From the NCBI RefSeq assembly GCF_009914755.1, contig NC_060926.1: 64,000 nucleotides of DNA, one strand, 5' to 3'. Under the pieces are notes generated by a model. The model did not search any database. It worked only from the letters and a program-made list of their open reading frames with translations, and had not been told where the DNA came from. Made by a program: the position numbers and the translations under genes. Shown in pieces: positions 53,693 to 64,000 of the stretch (positions are counted from its first letter, which is position 1; each line of letters begins with the position of its first letter). This DNA is from the human T2T-CHM13v2.0 reference genome, Homo sapiens.

Positions 53693-55101
53693 TCCATTTG
53701 TTTGGGAGAAAGTAGAGAAGGAGAACAAGAATTTCTGCCTGGTAATCCAGAAAATTCTTTCAGATCTGACCCAAGACTACCAAGTGGGTCCCTCTATGAG
53801 TCTGCAAGAGCCATAACACTACTGGGCTTGGGGTGCTTCCTAAAGCAGATACGGCTGCAGTGACCAATACCCAAGTCTCCTCAAATAACTGGAAAGACTC
53901 CCCAAATAATATGGGCACCAACGAGCCCAGACCACAAAGACTACAATAAATGCCCAGCTCTTCAATGCTCACACGTTGATGAACATCCACAAGCATTAGT
54001 ACCATGCAGTAAAACATGAACTCACCAAACAAACTCAATAAGGCACAAGGGAAAATCCCAGAGAGACAGAAATGTGTGATCTTTCAGAGAATGCAAACTA
54101 TAAAACATTGATGCAAGAAATTGAAGAAGACACATAAAAATGAAAAATATTCCACGTTCATGGATTAAAATAATCAATATTGTTAAAATGCTCATACTAC
54201 CCAAAACAATCTACAGGTTCAATGCAATCTCTATAAAAATATCAGTGAGATTCTTCAAAGAAATAGGAAAAAATTCTAAAATTTATAGGGACCCACAAAA
54301 GACCCAGAATAGCCAAAGCTATCCTGAGCAAAAAGAATAAAACTGGAGGAATCACATTATCTGACTTCAAATCATACTACAGAGCTCTAATAACCAAAAT
54401 GGCATGGTACCAGAATAAAAAGAGACACCTAGACTGATAGAACAGAATAGAGAACCCAGAAATAAAGCCCTGTATCTACCGTGCACTCATTTTTGACAAG
54501 GGTGCCAAGAACATCCACTGGGGGAAAGGACAGTCTCTTCAATAAATGGTGGTGGGAAAACTGAATATCCAAATGAAGAAGAATGAAACTAGACCCCTCT
54601 CTCACCATATACAAAAATCAAATCAAAATAGATTAAAGCCTTACATCTAGGACCTCAAACTATGAAACTACTGAAAGAAAACATTGGGGAAACTGTCTAG
54701 GACATTAAATTGGTCAAAGATTTCTTGAGTAATACTCCACAAACACAGGCAACCAAAGCAAAAATGGACAAATTGGATCACATCCAGTTAAAAAGCTTCT
54801 GCACAGCAAAAGAAACAATCAACAGAGTGAAATGACAATGGAAAGAAAGTGAGAAAATATTTGCAAGCTATCCATTTGACAAGAGATCAATAACCAGAAT
54901 ATATAAGGAGCTCAAAAACCTCAACAGGAAAAAGTCTAATAACCCAGTTTTAAAATGACAAATATCTGAATAGACACTTCTCAAAAGAAGACATTCAAAT
55001 GGCAAACGGGCATATGAAAAGGTGATCAGCATCACTGATTATCAGAGAAATGCAAATCAAAACTACAGTGAGGTATCATCTTACCCTAGTAAAATGCCTT
55101 T

Positions 55102-55381
55102 AATGTATTTATTTGAGGCAGGATCTCACTTTTTCATCCAGGCTGGAGTGCAGTGGCACAGTCATAGCTCACTGCAGCCTCAACCTCTGGGTGCAAGCAG
55201 GCCTCCCACCTCAGCCTCCTGAGTAGCTGGGACTACAGGTGTGCACCATCCCCCGCCAGCTAATTATTATTTTATTTATTTATTTATTTTCTCTCTTTAT
55301 GTTGCCCAACACACAGCCAGGCCTCAACTCCTGAGCTCAAGAAATCCTCCTGCCTCATCCTGCCACAGTGCTGGGATTATA
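55102..55381 (-). mobile_element. AluJ inserted in L1 ORF2, 5' end missing
   Basis: Antisense J-type Alu (cacagtcatagctcactgcagcctcaacctc, ctcctgagctcaag); stops at gtgctgggattat. Confidence 0.85.
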
Positions 55382-56177
55382 TGCCAAAAGACAGGCAACA
55401 ACGAATACTGGCAAGTTGTGGAGAAAAGGGCAGCTTTGTACACTGTTAGTTGGAATGCAAAGTAGTGCAACCACTTTGGAGAACAGTTTGGAGGTTCCTC
55501 AAGAAACTCAACATAGAACTACCATATGATCCAGCAATCCCACTGCTAGGTATATACCCAAAAGCAAATAAATCAGTATGTCAAGGAGATATCTGTACTT
55601 CCATGTTTATTGCACAGCCAATATTTGGAAGTGACCTAGTGTCCATCAACAGATGAATAAACACAGAGATTGTATTATGTGTACACAATGGAGTACTATT
55701 CGGCCATAAAAAAAATGAAGGTCATTATGTTAAGTGAAATAAGCCAGGTACAGAAAGACAAACTTCAGATGTTTTTATTTGTAGGAGCTAAACGAATTAA
55801 AACAATTGAACTCATAGAGATAGAGAGTAAAATGATGGTTACCAGAGGCTGAGAAGGGCAGTGGAGTGTGAGGGGGACGTAAGGATGGTAAATGGGTGCA
55901 AAAATATAGTTAGACAGAAAGTGTAAGATCCAGTATGTGATAGCACAACAGGGTGACCACAGTCAACAATAACGTATTGTACATTTTTCAAAAATTACAG
56001 TATAATTGAATTGTTTGTAACATAAAGAAAGGATAAATGCTTGAGGTGGTGGATACCAATTTACCCTCATGCAATTATTATGCGTTGCATTCATGTACCA
56101 AAATATCTCATGTACCTGGTAAATATATACATCTGCTATGTACCCAGAATTTAATTTTTTTTAAAAAAAGAGTATAT

Positions 56178-56494
56178 AGTTGGGCGTGGTGGCTCACGCC
56201 TGTAATTGCAGCACTTTGGGAGGCTGAGGTGGGTGGATCACGAGGACAGGAGTTCAAGACCAGCCTGGCCAAGATGGTGAAACCCTATCTCTACTAAAAA
56301 TACAAAAAAGTTAGCCGGGCTTGGTGGTGGGCGCCTGTAATCCCAGCTACTACGGAGGCTGAGGCAGAGAACTGCTTGAACCTGGGAGGCAGAGGTTGCA
56401 GTGAGCTGAGATCACGCCACTGCACTCCAGCCCGGGAAACAGTGAGAGACTCCGTTTCAAAAAAAAAAAACAAAACAAAACAAAACAAAAAAAA
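56178..56494 (+). mobile_element. AluSg-like with (CAAAA)n tail
   Basis: ggatcacgagg..gttcaagaccagcctggccaagatggtg; TSD aaaaaagagtatat / aaaaaacagcatat. Confidence 0.93.
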
Positions 56495-56500
56495 CAGCAT

Positions 56501-56841
56501 ATCACACTGTAGTAGAGTGGGCCCTTAATACAGTAAGACTGGTGTCCTAAGAAGACAGCCATGCGAATTCAGAGACACAGGAAGATGGCACGTGAAGCCG
56601 AAAGCAGAGACTGGACGATGCAGCTGAAAGCCAAGGAATGCCAAGTGTCACTAGCAACACCTAGAGCCAGGAAGGGGCAAGGAAAGACTCCCTGTCAGGA
56701 TGCAGAGGGAGCAGGGCCCTGCGGACACCTTGATGTCAGACTTCTGACCTCTAGAAAGGCGAGAGAACACATTTCTGTTGTTTGAAGCCATCCAGTGTGT
56801 GGTCCTTTGGGATGGCAGTACTTTGAGAGGACATTAACACA
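56501..56841 (+). mobile_element. MLT1C-like LTR, 3' part
   Basis: gagtgggcccttaat..gactggtgtcct..gcagagactgg..agccaaggaatgcca..gggagcagggccctgcggacaccttgat..atttctgttgtttgaagcca. Confidence 0.85.
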
Positions 56842-56864
56842 CACACACAAAGGGACAGAATGCA

Positions 56865-57110
56865 ATGATGAGGTGCACAGTTTCTGGAATCAGAGTGCCC
56901 AGGTCCAGGAGTCTCTAGACCTCCTTTGTATTAGTTCTCTGACAATGAGCACATTACTCAATCTCTCTGTACCTTTCTCTTCCTATCTGTAGCAGGTGTT
57001 GCGGGTAACGATAGTAGTCAGCCTCTAGCTGTCTTTTGAAGAAGCAAGTGTTTTGTGTGATGAGCTCTTGCTCAGGGCCGGGCACATAGCCAGCTAGTAG
57101 TAGTAGTAAT
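56865..57110 (+). mobile_element. MIR SINE
   Basis: tctggaatcaga..tgacaatgagcacattactcaatctctctgtacct..ctcttcctatctgta..ggcacatag. Confidence 0.6.
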
Positions 57111-58599
57111 CTCAGTTTTCTCTGCCTATCTGCACTTTAACTGTCCCCCTCAATTCTTCTCTATTACCTTATAAACAATGCTGGGAGTGGCAACCAGAAC
57201 ACAGTCCTGTACCCTCTATGTAAGAACACAGCAAGGTTTATGCAAGAGTAGAATAACATTTTTCTTCCTCCTCTGACGCATAAAGTCATGCAATTTTTTT
57301 GCCTCTTATCACTGGGAAAAATTAGTTCTGCCACTCAAGACCTTTGCTATTTGATAAGCCACTCATGTTGTAAATCTTGGACTCTGGAGTAAGGCAGAGC
57401 TGGGATCTCGTGTTCCCCCAGAATCATCACATGCTGCACACATTTGGATGATGTTTCTCCTTGGAAGATGGAGTTTCCATTGTTTTACAAATTTACAATA
57501 AGAAATAAGTGATGTAAGGACACAGGAGGTGCCAAACCCTGGGTTGGGCCTGTAGAGGCATTCTTACAGGATGTTTGGTTTCTGTGATTTTTTAATACAG
57601 CGAATGAGGATTCTTACTCTTCATCTTTCCAGCGTTTCAAAATTTAATTAGTGATTTCACATCATCTCATTTGCTCATGTGAGGACAGCAGGGCAAACAA
57701 TATACCCCCAATTGATAGACGAGAAAAGAGGGGTTTCTGAAGAATGACAGGACAGATTCCCACAGTTGTTGTTGGTGGAAACACAAGACAAACTTCAGTC
57801 TTCAGAGGCTAAGTTCACTGCTAGTATTGTTGCATCCCTCTTTTCTTGTGAAAACATTTCATGTCTGTGGTCCTTTTTTTTTCAAATGGTTCAGCAAAAC
57901 TAAATCAAGCCCCTGGACAGCTGCGTAAAATGATAGAAAACAAGTTGCCCGTCTTCAAAATAAGTTGCCCCTGGGATGATGATTTACTTCGTGTGTGGTT
58001 TAAAATGGCAGGGGAGGGTATTGATTGTTAATTACAGTCACTGGGGCCGTCCTGTGTTGGTGCAAACCTTTTCAAATCCAAACTCCATCATTCAATAAGG
58101 ATGAAGATTTTAATTTAAAAAATTGCAAATATTATTTTAAAACACTTTTATTCTTCAGTGCCAAGAAATAAAAAATAAGAAAATACTTAAAGAATGTTTA
58201 ACGATGCATTCAACTTTCAACAGCCACTGTTCTGCAAACATTTCCTGCTCCTTTTTATTTGTTCACGTTTTTGCTTCCTTGAAAAATTCTCTTACCATTC
58301 CTGTTTGCTTGTCCAAAGTCATACGAAGCCATAGGAGCACTTCTCAAGCCCTTCTCCTGGCTGTGGTTGCTCCAGGGTCTATGACCCTCCCCCACAGGTG
58401 GGCCATCTGTCCTGTGGACCCCATCACACGTCCCTGTGGCACTGAGCACATTCTTCCCATAGCGCAGGTTTGTCAGCTTTGCTGAAGAATAAGCTGGGCA
58501 AGGTTGACTATTTCAGGCACATGTTTAAAATGTAGTAATTTCTGAATTTGCCTTGCTGCTTCCCGGACAGTGTGAGCTGCTTACAGAACAGACTTCTGC

Positions 58600-59400
58600 C
58601 CCCACTCATCTTTTGCTTTTGCCTTCTCCGAGAGTCCTCCCGTGCGGCCTCCAGTTATGGCACTAAGTGTGCACCACGAGCTTGGGTATACTCCATGTCA
58701 CATCGCCAGTAAGTTCTAAGGGACTCAGGTTGGGGGTCCTCGGCGGCATCACATGCCAGCGCCCAGATGAGTGAAAGATGCCAGAAGACGATAGAAGCCG
58801 GCAGGGGCAGGGAGCACAGGGTGGCACACCAGGGACCGCCCGCCCCAGAGGAGCTCTCTCCCACCTCCAGTATTTCCTTCAGGTCTCAGTCGAAGAGTCC
58901 TTTTGACTCTCAAATGAGGTAGCAGAATTGGATGTACCCGGCCAAAGGCCAGGCCCAAGTCGCGTGCCTTGTCAGCCCGGGTGGAGGTGGAGGGTCCCTG
59001 ATAGACAGCACCGGGGCTGCGGGCTCGGCTGCGCTCCGGCCCCCTTCTCCCTCACTTGCCTCGGCCTCTGTCCTCCCTTTAAAATGCCATTTCCTCTCCG
59101 GGGCCCTGGAGGCTCGCCTGGGTGACGGTTTTGATCAGATGCCACCAGCATTTAAACTTGAAGGGGGTTTCCAGTGGGTGGCGTGCAGGCTCCAGACAGA
59201 AACAGGAGAACAAAGAGAACCCTGAGGGAGGCCTAGAGAGCCCTCGGGGCACCTCGCGCACCCCAGGACCCACCCCAGGAATTCTGAGTGGGTGGCCTCT
59301 GAAAACCCACCCCGAGTGGCTGTTCGGTAGAGCAGACCCACGCCACCTGCCCTAATGCTGAGCCTTCGCAGATTAATTGAAGGAGGTCTTCACAGGCTCA
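58600..59400. promoter_or_regulatory. GC-rich, CpG-retaining island-like region (candidate promoter/enhancer)
   Basis: About 20 CpGs counted by eye in 58921-59342, non-repetitive, much more GC-rich than the flanks. Confidence 0.5.
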
Positions 59401-62121
59401 CAGCGGTGGACTCCCCTTGAGCTCACGACAGCATCAGCTTGATGATGTTTTGCTTAAGAAGCCCTGGGGGGTCCCCAGCCACTTTGCTGGTTGTCCCCTC
59501 CCTCCTGCCTGGCATGGTCTGGTCTGTCCTGGATTTCAGCCATTCTGCTCCTGGCTGCGTTGCCCTGCAGTTTGGGCCTGGCCTCGACCACCCGCCTGTC
59601 CTGAGGTGGTGGCCATGATTGAGGTTTTAGTCCATCGGCCCCTGCCAGGACCACGGACAAGCCCCCCCAGTATCTGTCTTGGGAAAGACGTGCCGCCTTT
59701 TGCCCATTCCACACCCCGAGATTCCAAGTGCTTCCACTCGCTTTATCTTCAGTCCACTCACAATCCAATTTTACAGATGTGGAAACTGAGACCCAGGACC
59801 ATTAGGCTGTGCAGAGAGACAATTTCAAGCTGAGATTCCAGCTGAAGCCCATTCAGAACAGCAGCGCGGCGATGGGGGAAAGGGAAGCCAGAGAGGAAGA
59901 AGAATCAGACTGCAGCCAGGCAGGCCTCAGCAGCGGCTTGGAGAGCATCCCAGTGTATCAGCACCCACCTCACCTGTGAGGCGGCCATGTCGGGGATGCA
60001 AGATATTTGTCTCTCTGTGAATGTGAAAGGAATTAAATCAGCTAATACAGCTCTGGCCTGAAGGGAACACAAATTCACATGCTCCGGTTAGTAACAGCAC
60101 CACGACACTTTTAATTCTCTGCCATGTCCTATCTTTCTTTCTTCCCCCAATATCCATATCCCCTCCACAATTTTACTCTTACACCTCCTCAGACATACAC
60201 ATTATTTACTTAGTGATAAGACAGGTCGAGACTGTCTTCTAGGAAAAACCACACAGGTATTATCTGCAAAGTCTAAAAAAGCAGGTGTTCTCAAGCTTAT
60301 CTGAATATTTTGAGTAAATCCCTGTTTTGAAATGTAAATGCTTCTGCAGTCTGTTTAGTTTGAGATAAAGCAGTGAACAATGAGTTAATCCTTGTTTTAT
60401 GCAGTTCATTATCAGAAGGCTGTGACCCAGCCAGCCACCTTTTTAAACACAAGAGAGGTCACTCACAGGTAGATAGCTCCCTGCCTCCCACCCTACACCC
60501 CCAAATCACATATACTGGATAGATTATATTGGACATAAACAGACCAGGGTGTAAATATTCTATATGTGTTTACATATGCCATATAGAAAGAGGATTGTTT
60601 TAAATATTTATTCAATATTAAACACTTCAGGACTTTATAAAATTGTTTTGTTATCGTTCAGGCAAAAAGCAGACTGTTTTTTCATCCCAGGGTGAAACTG
60701 GATGTATTCATCTCTGAGAAACATGATTTAATCTTTCAGAGTGGCAGTGGAAAGGAATGTGGAATCTCTTTGATTTTTTTTCCATAAATAATTGCAAAGA
60801 AAAAAATTAAAATGCAATAATCTGCCCAGGTTTATTAAATTAAATCCTATCAACATTCCTCTTTCTTCTCTAATGTCTTTCCAAAAACAAGTAAACAAAC
60901 AAGCAAGCAAACAATTATACCCCCAAAATACCAATATTATCTCAAAATAAAAAGGTGTCCCAGGCTGTGGCATTAGAAGACTTCATTTTCGGGGGCATTC
61001 CTATTCTTGTTACCATAGCACACATTTTGTAGCTAAAGCAATTATTAACAATTACCCAATTATTAATTCTGTCATTTTGCCATGATTCCAGGATAAAACC
61101 TTTGGGAAAAGGCATTTTTATAATTGATTTCTCCCCCGTTTTATCTACTCATAACTTGTTCAGGCTTCGTTTCTTTAGAACCTGTTTTCTCTGCATTCTC
61201 TCTACTAGCTTCTTTTTCTGTCTCTGTTTCTCCATTTGATCAACAAACACCGCGGCTCCGTCGGCTGTGGCTTTCTGCACCAATGGCTCTCCTGGGCACT
61301 GTACTTTTCCTTTCCCAGTGCAGAGGCATATGGAGTCTCCTTCTCTATTCATTATGCTTCTGGGTTCCCAGGGCTCTTCTCCGCGCTACCTGGGTCTCCA
61401 GCATTCCTTAGCTCAGTGTTGAAACTTGAGCTCAGGAGCTTTCTTGTTTTACACACTCTTCTATGAAATATAATATTTAAAGCAAATCTTTTGGGAAAAA
61501 AAAATGTACCTGCTATGTGGATTTGTAGGGTTGTTACCAAAGGACATTTCTTTGGGTAAAATCCAAACAAAAGCTTCTTTTTCTCCTATGCTCCTAATGG
61601 CCGCCCCCGGCACCAGCTCGCTGTCTTGTTTATTGAAGACAAGGGCTGGGCAGAAGGAGATAAGAGTTGATTTGTGTCTCTAGAATATTGACTGTGAAGT
61701 ATATATTTGCATAACTTATTACTGAGGAGTTCTATAGGTCTTCCAGATGCTGCTTAAGAGGTATGTCAATTTGTTTTCTATTTAAATATTAAATTCTATT
61801 TTTAATCAGGACTGATGCAAGACAGGCATTATGTATCAGCTTCTGTTGGCTGCTTCCTGATGGCGTTAAGTGTTTCCAGAAAATGTACAAATCCATATTT
61901 TATTTACCACCAAAGCAGTCGCACTAAAATTAAAATGGGACTCCAGGATCCCATGTCTCAGACACATGCCTGTCATGAATGAATGTCTAAACGGACACTG
62001 AGTCCTGACACCTTCTTGCTTACAGCTCTTAAAACAAATCCCTCTGCAGATATCTGATGAGAATCAAGGTCACAGCCAGCAGGAGAAAACAAATGCAGAC
62101 AGACATCAGGATGCATTTTCT

Positions 62122-62153
<32 letters not shown>

Positions 62154-62435
62154 AAGACAAAGTCTCACACTGTCACCCAGGCTGGAGTGCAGTGGTGTGA
62201 TCTTGATTCACTGCAACCTCCGTCTCCCGGATTCAAGAGATTCTCCTGTCTCAGCTCCCCGAGTAGCTGTTATTATAGGCACCCGCCACTACACCCAGCT
62301 GATTTTTTTTTGTATTTTTAGTAGAGACGGGGGTTCCACGATGTTGGCCAGGCTGGTCTCAAAGTCCTGACCTCGTGATTCGCCCACCTCAGCCTCAGAG
62401 TGCTGGGATTACAGGCGTGAGCCAATGCACCCAGC
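62122..62435 (-). mobile_element. AluSg-like
   Basis: Antisense dimer (gacctcgtgat); perfect 16-bp TSD tcaggatgcattttct at 62106-62121 and 62436-62451. Confidence 0.95.
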
Positions 62436-62798
62436 TCAGGATGCATTTTCTAAGACGGATGTTGTCTACATGCAAAACCAGCTCAATCTATGGGACTAGA
62501 TGGACTCTTTATTTCCAGGGAACGTTGATGGATTTTTAGGTTGCATTGACCACTTTGACTTATTAGGTCATTTCACTGTAAATGGTTAAACCATCTGCTT
62601 CACGAGATCTCAAGAACTCTGGCCGGCCCACTGCCTATTCAGTAGGGGGATTTCTTAGCAGAAGAGGTCATTGGACAAACTGTGGTCCCTTGGATGTCAC
62701 CATAGCAAAGATTTTGATTAGTTTCAAAAGCAAGTCAACAGAAAGTAATATTTATTGGATACTTGGAATATGCTGGGCATGATGGTAGGTACTTTTCA

Positions 62799-62980
62799 CA
62801 AAGATGGATTTACAATGAAGCCAACAGTCTAAGCTTTAGGGCCTTCCCTGGAAATGGCTTCTCTCAGGACCCTGGGAGGGGCACCAGCAATTTTCTATTC
62901 AAATTGTTTTATCCATTTACTTAAATAAAGCCTCCAAAATTAAATTCACTTCAGGCCTTGCAAAAGCTGGATCCACTCTT
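62799..62980. mobile_element. Arthur1A/MER69A-like hAT MITE
   Basis: caaagatggatttacaatgaagc..aagctttagggcc..ccctgggaggggcaccagcaatttt..cttcaggcc..ctggatccactct. Confidence 0.65.
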
Positions 62981-63729
62981 ATTTCTATACTTCACAACGA
63001 ACTTACAATTTCTTTGTGAATTTGACAATGAAGCCTGTCACAGCAAAAATCAAAACAATAAACTGAGCAGCAAGTGAACCATGAAACATGTTATTTCTAC
63101 TAAACCCCACCTTGGCACTATTATTTCAGAAAAAAAAATCACTTTTGATTAAGTTAGTCCATTTGAACATTGGTTTATTGCTTTATTATATTTAAAATAT
63201 ATAAAAGTTTCATAGTTAGGTAAGTGTTATAATCATAAAGGGTGTACAGATGATCTTAATTTTGGTGCTACATAAACCACACTCTAAGAAAACGTATTTA
63301 CTTTAGCAAGAGAGTTCATGAGAATTTCTCTCTCTAAGGAGAAACTTTTGAGGTACTGAAGTTTGAAATACACTACAGTAGCCTAAAAACCTGGCCAGTG
63401 CTCAAGGGAAGGAACTGGAACAAGGTAGATATGGTTAGCTTCGTAATGGAGTGAAGGACTCAACTCCTACAACAAAGAAGCCACTCCTGTTTACAGGCAT
63501 CATTTACTAATCATTACTACCTAGCACCTCCCCACCTTTATCTTCTTGACTGATTGGTTGGTTGGCTGTAGCTGATTCCTGGATGTGCTGTGGCCGGTGC
63601 TCTAGCTGTTGCATGAGTCACAGCGTGACCTTGGTAGACTAGGGCTGGACCAAGATCTGTAGATCTCTACGCCTGCCGTGCTTCCCAACTGCGGGCAAGA
63701 TAAGGCTCGGATCCTTTGGCGGGAGATAG

Positions 63730-64000
<271 letters not shown>

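Larger units (their letters stand above)
52221..56169 (+). mobile_element. L1MA-type LINE-1 with 5' UTR and 3' end, internally deleted and inactive
   Basis: 5' UTR start gagcaggatggtcaaatagaagcctcc; ORF2p peptides [70 protein letters not shown] broken by stops/frameshifts; L1MA-like 3' UTR; TSD a(g/a)gagtatatcacac. Confidence 0.9.

Noticed and set aside
54140-55852. ORFs with L1 ORF2p similarity as functional CDS
   Set aside because: Fragmented by stops, frameshifts, an Alu and a large deletion; dead retrotransposon
58655-59833. Overlapping GC-rich ORFs in the CpG-rich region
   Set aside because: Open on both strands because of high GC; no recognisable protein or exon structure

Overview
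Primate (human-like) genomic DNA, intergenic or deep intronic. I find no credible protein-coding exon, RNA gene or CRISPR array, and I cannot identify the locus. The window is a mosaic of transposable-element fossils: about 14 Alu elements (J, S and Y lineages plus a FRAM monomer), a large L1MA-type LINE with both ends present but an internal deletion (52.2-56.2 kb), old L1ME/L2/MIR fragments, MaLR solo LTRs (MLT1A/A0/C/G/J/K-like), a MER50 ERV1 solo LTR and hAT/Tc2 DNA-transposon relics. It also has many simple repeats. The ORFs I could attribute come from Alu, L1 or (TG)n sequence, and none of the others resembles a protein I recognise. The most notable structures are: (1) a 278-bp higher-order tandem repeat at 15.05-15.69 kb whose unit junction is a 17-bp-arm palindrome; (2) four fold-back hairpins built around TTATAAG at the TATA position of an MLT1A LTR (35.76-35.86 kb); (3) a nested MLT1C > L1 > Alu insertion in which an Alu landed in the L1's own target-site duplication (TSD); (4) several CpG-retaining, TE-free islands (9.7-10.1, 40.3-41.2, 58.6-59.4 kb) that are candidate regulatory elements. 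Repeat subfamily names come from recalled consensus sequences and need RepeatMasker/Dfam confirmation. I found no convincing novel biological system.
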